This document shows positions 18,062 through 26,593 of a stretch of 64,000 nucleotides of DNA, in pieces. The notes under the pieces were generated by a model. That model did no database searches and was not told the DNA's origin. It saw nothing but the letters and a program-made list of their open reading frames with translations. This DNA is from Candidatus Woesearchaeota archaeon (GTDB lineage Archaea > Nanobdellota > Nanobdellia > SCGC-AAA011-G17 > JACPIM01). Every line of letters begins with the position of its first letter. Within the stretch, counting starts at the first letter, position 1. The position numbers and the translations under genes are program-made. Location of the stretch: NCBI GenBank assembly GCA_964457785.1, contig CAYWEX010000004.1, positions 258-64,257 of the forward strand, written 5' to 3'.

Positions 18062-18298
18062 TTAAAATAGTAGATCAACTTCTCTAACATATTTGTCTTT
18101 TGGTCTAGCTAATTGTAATTTATATCCTTGTTCTCTTTGATCTAAATACCAGTCATATAATCTTAAAGCATTTCTAACTGTATTTGTTCTTGATTCTCCA
18201 GCTTTCTCTGCAATTTCTTCTAATCTTTTAGTTGCCTCAAAGCCGAAATCGAATCTTGCCTTTATTCCGCCATCTTTAGTTTTCGTTTTTTTAGCCAT
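18062..18298 (-). CDS. ribbon-helix-helix (CopG-like) DNA-binding protein
   Basis: Beta strand ARFDFGF followed by helices ATKRLEEIAEKAGESRTNTVRNALRLYDWYL. 8 nt downstream of the radical SAM gene on the same strand. Confidence 0.65.
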   Translation of the reverse strand: MAKKTKTKDGGIKARFDFGFEATKRLEEIAEKAGESRTNTVRNALRLYDWYLDQREQGYKLQLARPKDKYVREVDLLF

Positions 18299-18306
18299 TT
18301 TTCCTC

Positions 18307-19821
18307 CTATCTTATCGGACTTTCTGTTGCTTGTGGTGCCGATGATTTGAAGTCCATTAAATGTCCTGCTACTGCTTTTACTCCTCTAAATGTATATTTA
18401 ATATCTTCAAATGTTTTTATTTTTCTTAAATGCCTTAGAACATATCTTGGATCTATAAATATGTGATAAACTTTATTACATAATTTTGTAACTTGTTCAT
18501 GGGTCATATCTGGAGTTTTGAATACTGGTTCACGCATATCAAATCTTTCATAATCCCTAGGATCAAATCTGAACCAATTTTTCTCCATACCTTCTTTGTA
18601 CAAAGGTGTTCCTGGGTAAGGTATCATTACTGTACCTTGTAAAACGTCAATTAAACCTTTTAACATTAATTTCTTTGCAAGTTTATATGTTTGTAAACCA
18701 TCTTCCCGAGTTTCCCATGGCGCTCCCACCATTAGTGTGAGGTGGGTGTATAATCCTGCTGCCTTAGCTTCTCGACAACTTTTTTCTACTTCTTCTATTT
18801 TAGTTCCTTTGTCTAACTTATTTATTGTAGATTGAACTCCAGACTCTAAACCATATTTCAATAATCTAAATCCAGCTTCTTTCATTAATTTATAATCTTC
18901 TGCAGTTACTGCACCAAATCTCATATTGCCAGAATAAATTACTTTTTTATTATATCCCGATTCAATCATTAATTTGCAGAATTTTTTTAGCCATGGACCG
19001 ACAATAATTGTTCCAGCATCATCAAAAATTTCCTTTACACCGCATTCATCAACTAAATATTTTACTTCTTTCATAACATTTTCTGGAGATCTTCCTCTGA
19101 ATGTTCCTTTAGGATATAAGTTAGTGTCCCAAACGCAAAATGTACATTTTCCGTACCAGCAATCTCTTCCAGCCATTATATATGCTAATGGTCTTCCAAT
19201 TAAATTAAATTCATGCTGATACAAATGATTTTTAGTAAATACTCTGTCAATAATTGGAGCATCATCTAAATTTCCTGTAAAATTATATCTTCCATTTTCT
19301 ACAACTTTTCCATTTTCCTTGTACCATATTCCTTGCGGTATTTTATTTCCTTTTTCAAGTGCTTCAACTAATTCACAAAATGCAAAATCAAAATAACCGC
19401 CATTAATTATAAAATCTACTTTGCAGTTCTCCATAAACTCTTTTTGCAATCCTAATTCTAAATCTACAGCAGAAAGATGATCTCCCATTACGCAAATTTT
19501 CATATCTGGAAATTTTTCTTTTAATCTGTTTATAGTATCCCAATGAATTTTTACTACTGGCGCTTTTGTTTCAAAAAATAGAATCTCTGGTTTTCTCTCT
19601 TTTACTAATTTATCAAAATCTTCAGGACTTAATTTTTCAGCAATAGAATCAACCCATGTAACTTCATGTCCCTTGTCTCTCAACATTGTTGCTCCAGTAG
19701 CTAGAACAACAGGAAACAAAGTAGTATGAACATGAAATACTTGATATTGCCTGTTTTGACTTAATAAAGGAGTACCTTTAAACCTAGTTACAGTCGGAGG
19801 ATAGCCTATAAAAATTCTCAT
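18307..19821 (-). CDS. B12-binding-domain radical SAM protein (variant Cys spacing)
   Basis: N-terminal Rossmann-like B12-type domain. Cluster motif RDCWYGKCTFC (Cx4Cx2C). GLESG motif. AAGGTGAT Shine-Dalgarno-like sequence directly upstream. Confidence 0.85.
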   Translation of the reverse strand: MRIFIGYPPTVTRFKGTPLLSQNRQYQVFHVHTTLFPVVLATGATMLRDKGHEVTWVDSIAEKLSPEDFDKLVKERKPEILFFETKAPVVKIHWDTINRLKEKFPDMKICVMGDHLSAVDLELGLQKEFMENCKVDFIINGGYFDFAFCELVEALEKGNKIPQGIWYKENGKVVENGRYNFTGNLDDAPIIDRVFTKNHLYQHEFNLIGRPLAYIMAGRDCWYGKCTFCVWDTNLYPKGTFRGRSPENVMKEVKYLVDECGVKEIFDDAGTIIVGPWLKKFCKLMIESGYNKKVIYSGNMRFGAVTAEDYKLMKEAGFRLLKYGLESGVQSTINKLDKGTKIEEVEKSCREAKAAGLYTHLTLMVGAPWETREDGLQTYKLAKKLMLKGLIDVLQGTVMIPYPGTPLYKEGMEKNWFRFDPRDYERFDMREPVFKTPDMTHEQVTKLCNKVYHIFIDPRYVLRHLRKIKTFEDIKYTFRGVKAVAGHLMDFKSSAPQATESPIR

Positions 19822-19940
19822 TTAATCACCTTTTCAATAACTCATTTGTTTTCTATATAAATTTTGTTAATCACATAGATTTATCAGATAGTAGTAACAA
19901 TAAAAAGATTTAAATATCTATCCAATAAAAATTTAGAGAA

Positions 19941-20516
19941 ATGAGCTTAGACGAAGTAATATCTGAAAAAGAATTAGAAGAAGGACTAGTAGACTCTCTT
20001 AGTGCCTTATGTTGGTTTGGGGAATTAGACGACAAAGAACAAAGATTATACAATTGTTTAAGATATTATGCAACAAAACCAGAAATAGTTGGAATAGAAG
20101 AGATTAAAAGAGAACTCAAAGAACCAATAATAAACTATTTACTTCAAGAACAAGGAAGAGCCGCAGAAAAAAAATTAGAAGATATTAGAAAAAAACTCGA
20201 AGGAATTCCTGCTAAAATATCTACTTATACTTTTCTTTCAATAATAGGAATTATCTTTGTACCAAATGAATTTTCAAATTATTATTTGGGTGCGTGGGTA
20301 TTGGGTAATTTGGGAAAGTATATCTATTTTAATAAACAATCCAGAGCATGTCTAAAAATTCAAGATGAATTAAAAGAAGCAATAAAGAAAAAAGAAGCAA
20401 AATATGAAGAAATACATTTAGAAAAATTTGAAGATCTTTTTAATCCAATTTTTAGATCAGCCTGGCCTAAAAGGGAGTTTTGGGAAGATCTTAGAGGTGG
20501 AAAAATAACTACATAA
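19941..20516 (+). CDS. hypothetical protein with a central hydrophobic segment
   Basis: 191-aa ORF. Hydrophobic stretch YTFLSIIGIIFVP...LGAWVLGNLG. Confidence 0.6.
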   Translation: MSLDEVISEKELEEGLVDSLSALCWFGELDDKEQRLYNCLRYYATKPEIVGIEEIKRELKEPIINYLLQEQGRAAEKKLEDIRKKLEGIPAKISTYTFLSIIGIIFVPNEFSNYYLGAWVLGNLGKYIYFNKQSRACLKIQDELKEAIKKKEAKYEEIHLEKFEDLFNPIFRSAWPKREFWEDLRGGKITT

Positions 20517-20551
20517 TTAAATAAGGAATAAGATATAAGAGAGTTTATTTC

Positions 20552-20992
20552 ATGAAAAAACCAAAAACTGAGAAAACAAAAATCTGGAAGCCATTGACAG
20601 CTGAAAATTTAATTAGAGCCCAGTGTATTTTTGTCAGTATAGGTCGTGATTACAAGGATATAAAATCTCCAGAATTTCTAGATGAAAAATGTGGAGAGCA
20701 TTTTATAAAATTGTATGCTAGCGAAGCTGTTATGCAAATAAAAGAAGGAAATGATTATGAATTTATTTTAAGAGCTAACGGAGTCACAAGACCAAGATTA
20801 TATGCCTATACAAGTTCTGATCCACAAGCAAGAGAATTATTCCCAGACGCAGAATATATGTTATATCCTACACATATGAATCACTTTGATTTTCCTTATG
20901 ATAAAAAGGAAAAGGAAAAAGTCAGGAAAAGATTCAGAAGAATTGAAGATGCATTATTAAAAGAAGATTTTCCAACATTAAAAAGAAATTAA
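20552..20992 (+). CDS. hypothetical protein
   Basis: 146-aa ORF. Confidence 0.6.
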   Translation: MKKPKTEKTKIWKPLTAENLIRAQCIFVSIGRDYKDIKSPEFLDEKCGEHFIKLYASEAVMQIKEGNDYEFILRANGVTRPRLYAYTSSDPQARELFPDAEYMLYPTHMNHFDFPYDKKEKEKVRKRFRRIEDALLKEDFPTLKRN

Positions 20993-21000
20993 TGCTGTTT

Positions 21001-21288
21001 TTACTTCTTTAATCCATACAAAACATTGATAAGATTATCCAAAGTATCTGAAAATACCCCGTTAAAGTCCCCACGACTAGACGCTTCCTCAAGCTGACTT
21101 ATTGCTTTTTCATACTCTGCCTTATGATCGCATATTGTGTAAGGGTAATTTGAATCAGCCACATTTTTTATGTATTTGATTATTTCTTTGCTTTTTTTCT
21201 CAAGTTCATGAGAATCATCTAGATTTAAATCTCTTAAAAATCTCCTTAGATGATACTTGTTGTTCACAAAAACAGGTTCTTCATTCAT
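21001..21288 (-). CDS. hypothetical protein
   Basis: 95-aa ORF. Its start overlaps the stop of the upstream GT2 gene by 4 nt. Confidence 0.55.
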   Translation of the reverse strand: MNEEPVFVNNKYHLRRFLRDLNLDDSHELEKKSKEIIKYIKNVADSNYPYTICDHKAEYEKAISQLEEASSRGDFNGVFSDTLDNLINVLYGLKK

Positions 21289-22193
21289 TTTTTCATCAAT
21301 CCTTTTAACAATCCAAAACCATAGCTTATATGAATTAAAGGATAAATAAACGGTAATAATAAAATAGCTTCTAAATCTCTAAATTTAATTGCTTGTTTTA
21401 CACTTGAGAATAATACTAAGATAATATATATCTGCAATGGTATTAAAAACATCCCAGCACTAATCAGACTTAAAGGAATTAATAAAATCAAATAAACAAT
21501 AAAGAAAGATGGCAGTAAATGCAGCAAGTTAATCCTGTTTCCTAAAGCTCTTTCTTTTTTCACTCTTGTAAATCCATAATTAAAAAATTGTTTCCATAAT
21601 CCTTTCCATGTTGGCCTTCTTCTGTGGTAAATAAATATATCTGGAGAATAAGCAATTTTATATCCTTCTTTCTTGGCTCTGTAAAAAAACTCAGGATCTT
21701 CTCCAGGAAATAAATCCAAATTAAATCCTTTTAATTTTTTGAAAACATCTTTCTTCACAAAGCAGATCGCAGAAGTTAAATCATTCTCACCAGCATTTAA
21801 GTTTAATTTTCCTTTTTTATATCTGTTTGACATAAAAGAAGTTCCAAAAAAATCAGCCATAGCATAACCTGAAGTTTTGGCAAAATACTTGTCATCTTTT
21901 GGAGTTAGTTGCGGTCCTCCTAAAACATCAACATTATTTTTTTCAAAAAATTCATCAGCTTTCTTCAAAATATCTTTCTCAATTTTTGCATCATCATCCA
22001 AAAAACAAAGAATTTCTCCTTTCGCCTTTTCTGCCCCTTTATTCCTGTTTAATGATGGATTTTTTCCCGCAATTATAATAACTTCATAATCCTTTTTATT
22101 AAAATCTAAATTCTCTGCACTCTCCTTAACTTCGCAACTGCGTTCAGGAGCTAACGGTATTATAATTGAAAATCTCATCTTCTTTAAAAGCAA
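21285..22193 (-). CDS. family 2 glycosyltransferase with C-terminal TM helices
   Basis: FSIIIPLAPERS, FLDDDA (DxD), C-terminal hydrophobic helices. Confidence 0.85.
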   Translation of the reverse strand: MLLKKMRFSIIIPLAPERSCEVKESAENLDFNKKDYEVIIIAGKNPSLNRNKGAEKAKGEILCFLDDDAKIEKDILKKADEFFEKNNVDVLGGPQLTPKDDKYFAKTSGYAMADFFGTSFMSNRYKKGKLNLNAGENDLTSAICFVKKDVFKKLKGFNLDLFPGEDPEFFYRAKKEGYKIAYSPDIFIYHRRRPTWKGLWKQFFNYGFTRVKKERALGNRINLLHLLPSFFIVYLILLIPLSLISAGMFLIPLQIYIILVLFSSVKQAIKFRDLEAILLLPFIYPLIHISYGFGLLKGLMKK

Positions 22194-23097
22194 AATATAA
22201 ACCTAAAGCCCCCTCTATTAATCCTGTCGTGACAAAAGAAACTAATGACATTGAAACAACTGATTCAGGAGAAATGTTAAATAAAGAAAATAAAGTGATT
22301 AAAGTAAATTCTCTTGTTCCTAATCCAGAAATTGATATTGGTATTGTAGCTATTATAGTTCCGATTGAAACCAGGCTTACAAAAATAGGAAAGGGAATGT
22401 TAATATAAAAGGCTTTTGCAAATATATAAGTTTGTGAGTAGAAAATTATCCATGAAATTATAGTTATTAGAAAAATGCTTATTAGTTTTCTCAGTTTTGG
22501 TAAGCTGTTGTAAAATTTATCTAAAGAGTTGTCTGCCTTTTCTTTTATATTTTTTGGTAATAATAAGTTATAAAATACAGAAAGAAACAACATTCCCCTT
22601 TTTTTTCGCATAAATATTAAAATAGCTATTAAAAAAACTATAAATGAAACTATAATTGGTGAAATAATTCCAACACTTGATTTGAGAAGAAATAATGCTC
22701 CGATAAAAGCAAAAATAAATATAGTAAATAGATCAAATATTCTTTCTATAATTATGCCAGAAGCGCATTCAATTAATCCTTTTTTTGTTTTATTTTTTAG
22801 ATAATGGGCTCTTATCAAAGATCCAATATGGGCTGGAGTTATAAAACCATAGAAAGCGCCAATATAATATAATTTTAACACATATGAAAAATTTAAGTTA
22901 AATCCTTGTTTTTTTAAAATCAACCACCATTTAAATGCAAGAGGTAAAATAAATGCTGGCGTTAATATCACCGCAAAAGCCAAGTAATATAAATTAGAAT
23001 TTTTTATAGTCGATAATATTTTTAATACTCCAACATCATACAAAATATAGAAAAAGAATATTAATCCTATTACCGAGAGAATCTTTTTAATTTTCAT
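22144..23097 (-). CDS. flippase-like membrane protein (LPG-synthase-TM / UPF0104 type)
   Basis: About 8 TM helices. N-terminal KKILSVIGLIFFFYILY. The family assignment and its frequent pairing with GT2 genes are from memory. Confidence 0.65.
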   Translation of the reverse strand: MKIKKILSVIGLIFFFYILYDVGVLKILSTIKNSNLYYLAFAVILTPAFILPLAFKWWLILKKQGFNLNFSYVLKLYYIGAFYGFITPAHIGSLIRAHYLKNKTKKGLIECASGIIIERIFDLFTIFIFAFIGALFLLKSSVGIISPIIVSFIVFLIAILIFMRKKRGMLFLSVFYNLLLPKNIKEKADNSLDKFYNSLPKLRKLISIFLITIISWIIFYSQTYIFAKAFYINIPFPIFVSLVSIGTIIATIPISISGLGTREFTLITLFSLFNISPESVVSMSLVSFVTTGLIEGALGLYFAFKEDEIFNYNTVSS

Positions 23098-23660
23098 TCG
23101 TTTATTTCCTCAATAATATCTAGAATCTCAGGTAATTTGAAAATTCCATATTCACCATTAATATGACCTTTATCACCAAGACTAACTGGAATAGCACTAA
23201 GACTTTTTCTTAAAATCGTTAAATCTTCAAAACCAGGATAAGGGTCTGTTGAAGAATAAATTAAGACAAAATTTTCACAATGTTTTTTTATTTTTTCAAA
23301 ATTAAGCTGAGTTTCAACCCATTCTTTTGCAATATCATCTTCTCCCTCTTCTAAATTCTGCAAAGTTAACCAGGGAGCAACTAAAATAGCTGCTTTAATT
23401 TTTTGTTTTTCTTTTAGTCCTTCTAAAAATCTTAAAATTGCTTGGCAGCCAATGCTATGTCCAATTAAAATAGTTTCATCATTTACTTTAACAATTTTAT
23501 TTAATCTGCCAATCCACTCTTTTATTTTGGGTGTATCTGGGTTAGGCATTGCAGGAATTTCAACTTTAAATTTTTTATTCTCTAATTCTTTCTTTAACCA
23601 AGGAAACCAACTTTCAGTAGTCGTCCCCCCCCATCCATGAATAATGTAAACTTGTTTCAT
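23094..23660 (-). CDS. alpha/beta serine hydrolase (YdeN/RBBP9-like)
   Basis: VYIIHGWGG, nucleophile elbow GHSIGC, and a 188-aa size. Confidence 0.7.
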   Translation of the reverse strand: MKQVYIIHGWGGTTTESWFPWLKKELENKKFKVEIPAMPNPDTPKIKEWIGRLNKIVKVNDETILIGHSIGCQAILRFLEGLKEKQKIKAAILVAPWLTLQNLEEGEDDIAKEWVETQLNFEKIKKHCENFVLIYSSTDPYPGFEDLTILRKSLSAIPVSLGDKGHINGEYGIFKLPEILDIIEEINE

Positions 23661-24358
23661 TATCTGAACCTCGTTTTTATTAACGCCATAAACATATTGG
23701 GAATAACTTTTCTAATTTTTAAAGTTGAAAATTCTTTGTCTTCCCATGTAATCGGCTCCTCTTTTATCTTAAATCCTTCTTTTTTCATGTGATAAAGGAG
23801 AACAGCATCAATTGCAAAATTTGTTGGTTCTACATTGTCTTTAATCTTGTCTATTGCATGTTTTTTAAAAACTTTGGCTGCGCATTGTGTGTCTTTGTAA
23901 TTTAAGCCTAATATAATTCTTGTCAAAACATTAAATCCTCTGCTTGCAATTCTTCTGGATATTGGTTGTTTTTTAATAATTTTAGCTCCATTAATCCATC
24001 TGCTTCCAATAATGCCGTCATAATCAGAAATTTTCTTGCTTAGTTCATATAAAGTTTCAGGCAATGTAGCCCCGTCTGAATCAGTATATGTTATTAGTTC
24101 TCCTTTTGCTAATTTAAATCCATCTATTAATACACTTCCCTTTCCGCGGTTTTTTTCATAATTAACATAATTAATTTCATCATATTTTTCTTTTAATTCT
24201 CTGACAACACCCAGAGTATTGTCCTTGCACCCGTCTAAAACAACAAGAATTTCAAAGCTTTCTCCAGTGCTTCTGAAAAAATTAACATAATTAATTAACG
24301 TATTTTTAATTCTTTTTTCCTCATTATACGCTGGAATTATTATTGAATATTTTGTCAT
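23660..24358 (-). CDS. family 2 glycosyltransferase (dolichyl-phosphate hexosyltransferase-like)
   Basis: YSIIIPAYNEEKRI, TDSDG. Short soluble GT2 next to AglH. Confidence 0.85.
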   Translation of the reverse strand: MTKYSIIIPAYNEEKRIKNTLINYVNFFRSTGESFEILVVLDGCKDNTLGVVRELKEKYDEINYVNYEKNRGKGSVLIDGFKLAKGELITYTDSDGATLPETLYELSKKISDYDGIIGSRWINGAKIIKKQPISRRIASRGFNVLTRIILGLNYKDTQCAAKVFKKHAIDKIKDNVEPTNFAIDAVLLYHMKKEGFKIKEEPITWEDKEFSTLKIRKVIPNMFMALIKTRFR

Positions 24359-24359
24359 T

Positions 24360-25346
24360 TTAAATAATCCATATTAAACTTGAAAAAATTATTTGTATAA
24401 AAATCATGAAATAAACAACTTGTTTTTCAGTATATTTTCCTGTTCTTGTAAGAATATGCGGAATTGAATAGATTTCATTTCCATAAAGAGATTTTATTTT
24501 TCCATTTTCAAGTGTTCCTATAGACTTCTTTTTCATTTTTCCTCTTGCTTTTAAAATAAATTCAATAAAAAAAGGAACTGATGCAATCAATGCAGCCCTC
24601 TCTATATTTCCTAAAATTGCAACAGTTGCTAAACTCCCACCCAATAAATAAGTCAAACTGTCTCCACCCAAAATTTTTGCAGGAACTTTATTATAATAAT
24701 AAAAAGCAATTAAAGAAAAAACAGTAATTCCGGCAATTGCAGCAGCACTATACCTTTGAAAATTATAAGCATATAAACCTAAGCTTCCCAGATAAATTAT
24801 AGCCATTCCTGTTTCACTTCCATTAAATCCAGCCAGCATATTTACCATATTTGCAGCCCCGACAATTCCAACAGGAACAAATAACAAAGGAAATAATAAT
24901 CCTAAATCAATCCTGCCTAAAAAAGGAATTAGCATAACGCTTGTTCCAGCCTGAACTACCATTAAAGGTACTGCAGCAAACAAAGTTAAGATGGGTTTTT
25001 GCCACTGTCTTAATCCAGAAGTTTCATCTTTATTTCTCTCAATAATTAAATCATCTATAAACCCAACAAATGTAATAAGTAAAATTGTTGTTATTCCGCT
25101 GAATAAATAAAGTAAATTTTGCGGGCTTTCATAATAAAAAGTTTGTATAAATATATACCACATTAGCCCACCCATTACCCCGCCCAAAACAGCCAGCCCG
25201 CCTGAAACAGGAACTAATGGTTTATTTTCTTTATGAACATCTTTTACTACTAAATCTATTCTTCTCAAAAATCTGATTAAGTAAGGAGTAGCTATAAATG
25301 TAACTAGAAAACTCAATAATAAACTAAAATACAATAGCCATCTCAT
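24360..25346 (-). CDS. aglH: UDP-GlcNAc:dolichyl-phosphate GlcNAc-1-phosphate transferase family (AglH/WecA/MraY superfamily)
   Basis: About 10 TM helices. FIDDLI and NMVNMLAGFNGSETG motifs. Confidence 0.85.
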   Translation of the reverse strand: MRWLLYFSLLLSFLVTFIATPYLIRFLRRIDLVVKDVHKENKPLVPVSGGLAVLGGVMGGLMWYIFIQTFYYESPQNLLYLFSGITTILLITFVGFIDDLIIERNKDETSGLRQWQKPILTLFAAVPLMVVQAGTSVMLIPFLGRIDLGLLFPLLFVPVGIVGAANMVNMLAGFNGSETGMAIIYLGSLGLYAYNFQRYSAAAIAGITVFSLIAFYYYNKVPAKILGGDSLTYLLGGSLATVAILGNIERAALIASVPFFIEFILKARGKMKKKSIGTLENGKIKSLYGNEIYSIPHILTRTGKYTEKQVVYFMIFIQIIFSSLIWII

Positions 25347-25426
25347 AAATCCATTCTCAAAAAATACAATTTAAAAAGCTATTTATATACTAGAAAATAG
25401 ATTTTAGGAAAGATAAATAAAACAAC

Positions 25427-26593
25427 ATGTTGCAGAAAAACTTAGAAAAAAGACTGGCAAGGCTTTTGGCTAGTGTAAATACAGAAACAAAGAATATTAT
25501 GTTGGCTTTTTGTATTGATGCTAAACCAAAATCTTTATCTGAAATACTTCAAAAATTCAATGACCTAGTTCACGAACTGCCTCTTAAAAACCCGCATAGT
25601 ACATTTTATAGTTACTTAAATAAATCTTTGAAGCCAAGTAAATTAATTGATGCAGAAGGGAAAAAACCAACTAAATATAAACTTTCACAAGAAGGAGAGG
25701 AATATGGAAAAAAACTTGCATCTTTCACTATTGAGTGGGCTGTAGATAATAACTTATCAATACAAACTATTCTTGGTCCAGCGCATTCTTCTGGAAATTC
25801 AAGAAGCCCCTATAACAGATTTCGCATTCTTGAACAGCTTGTTAATCACCAAACATTGAGAAGCGTTGATTTAATCCACGCTTTGGGAATAAATTCAAAC
25901 AACCTAAGACGACATTTAATGCAGTTAAAAAGGGCCGGTTTAATTAATTTTGAATCAGCAGATACTGAAACAAAAGGCTGGGCGCAGTATAGTTTTGCTT
26001 ATGGAAAAGATACAGCAAAAATAAAGCCAGTAAAAAATCTAACTAAAGTTATGAAATTAGTTGCACAAGAACTTGAAGAGAAAAAAAGAAGCATGGATTA
26101 TAATGAGCTTGCAAAATATGTTCCCTTTCATAAAAGTACTTTATCTTGTGCACTCGCTGCGCTTGAAAGGCAGAATATTGTAACAGCCACATTTCGTGGA
26201 GGACAAGAATTATCAAAAATCGCTTTAATTCAAAAAAGAAAAATTCAGGAATATGTTAATGCAGTTCGGGAATTTATGGTATCACAGGAAGGTCCAGTAA
26301 ATAACTCTTGGAAAAATCTTTCATCATCAAAAAAACAAAAGTATTATTCCCAAAAAGGAACAGATCTTTATTATTCAGTATCATCTTCAATAAAAAAGAA
26401 AAGCAGAAAAGAACATAAAAAAGAAATACAAGAAATATTAAAATTGCACGGAGAACTTAGGCCAAGGCAAGTAGCAGAATTTGCTTCTTCAGGTCTTGAA
26501 CTATCTTGTCTTTATTTAAGAGAAATGTATAAGAGTGGCATTATTAAACAAAGACAAAAAGGAAGAGCAGTTTATTATACTTTAATAAATTAA
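25427..26593 (+). CDS. multi-winged-helix DNA-binding protein
   Basis: Three wHTH-like units, e.g. RILEQLVNHQTLRSVDLIHALGINSNNLRRHLMQLKRAGLI and a C-terminal RPRQVAEFA...GRAVYYTL. Confidence 0.65.
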   Translation: MLQKNLEKRLARLLASVNTETKNIMLAFCIDAKPKSLSEILQKFNDLVHELPLKNPHSTFYSYLNKSLKPSKLIDAEGKKPTKYKLSQEGEEYGKKLASFTIEWAVDNNLSIQTILGPAHSSGNSRSPYNRFRILEQLVNHQTLRSVDLIHALGINSNNLRRHLMQLKRAGLINFESADTETKGWAQYSFAYGKDTAKIKPVKNLTKVMKLVAQELEEKKRSMDYNELAKYVPFHKSTLSCALAALERQNIVTATFRGGQELSKIALIQKRKIQEYVNAVREFMVSQEGPVNNSWKNLSSSKKQKYYSQKGTDLYYSVSSSIKKKSRKEHKKEIQEILKLHGELRPRQVAEFASSGLELSCLYLREMYKSGIIKQRQKGRAVYYTLIN

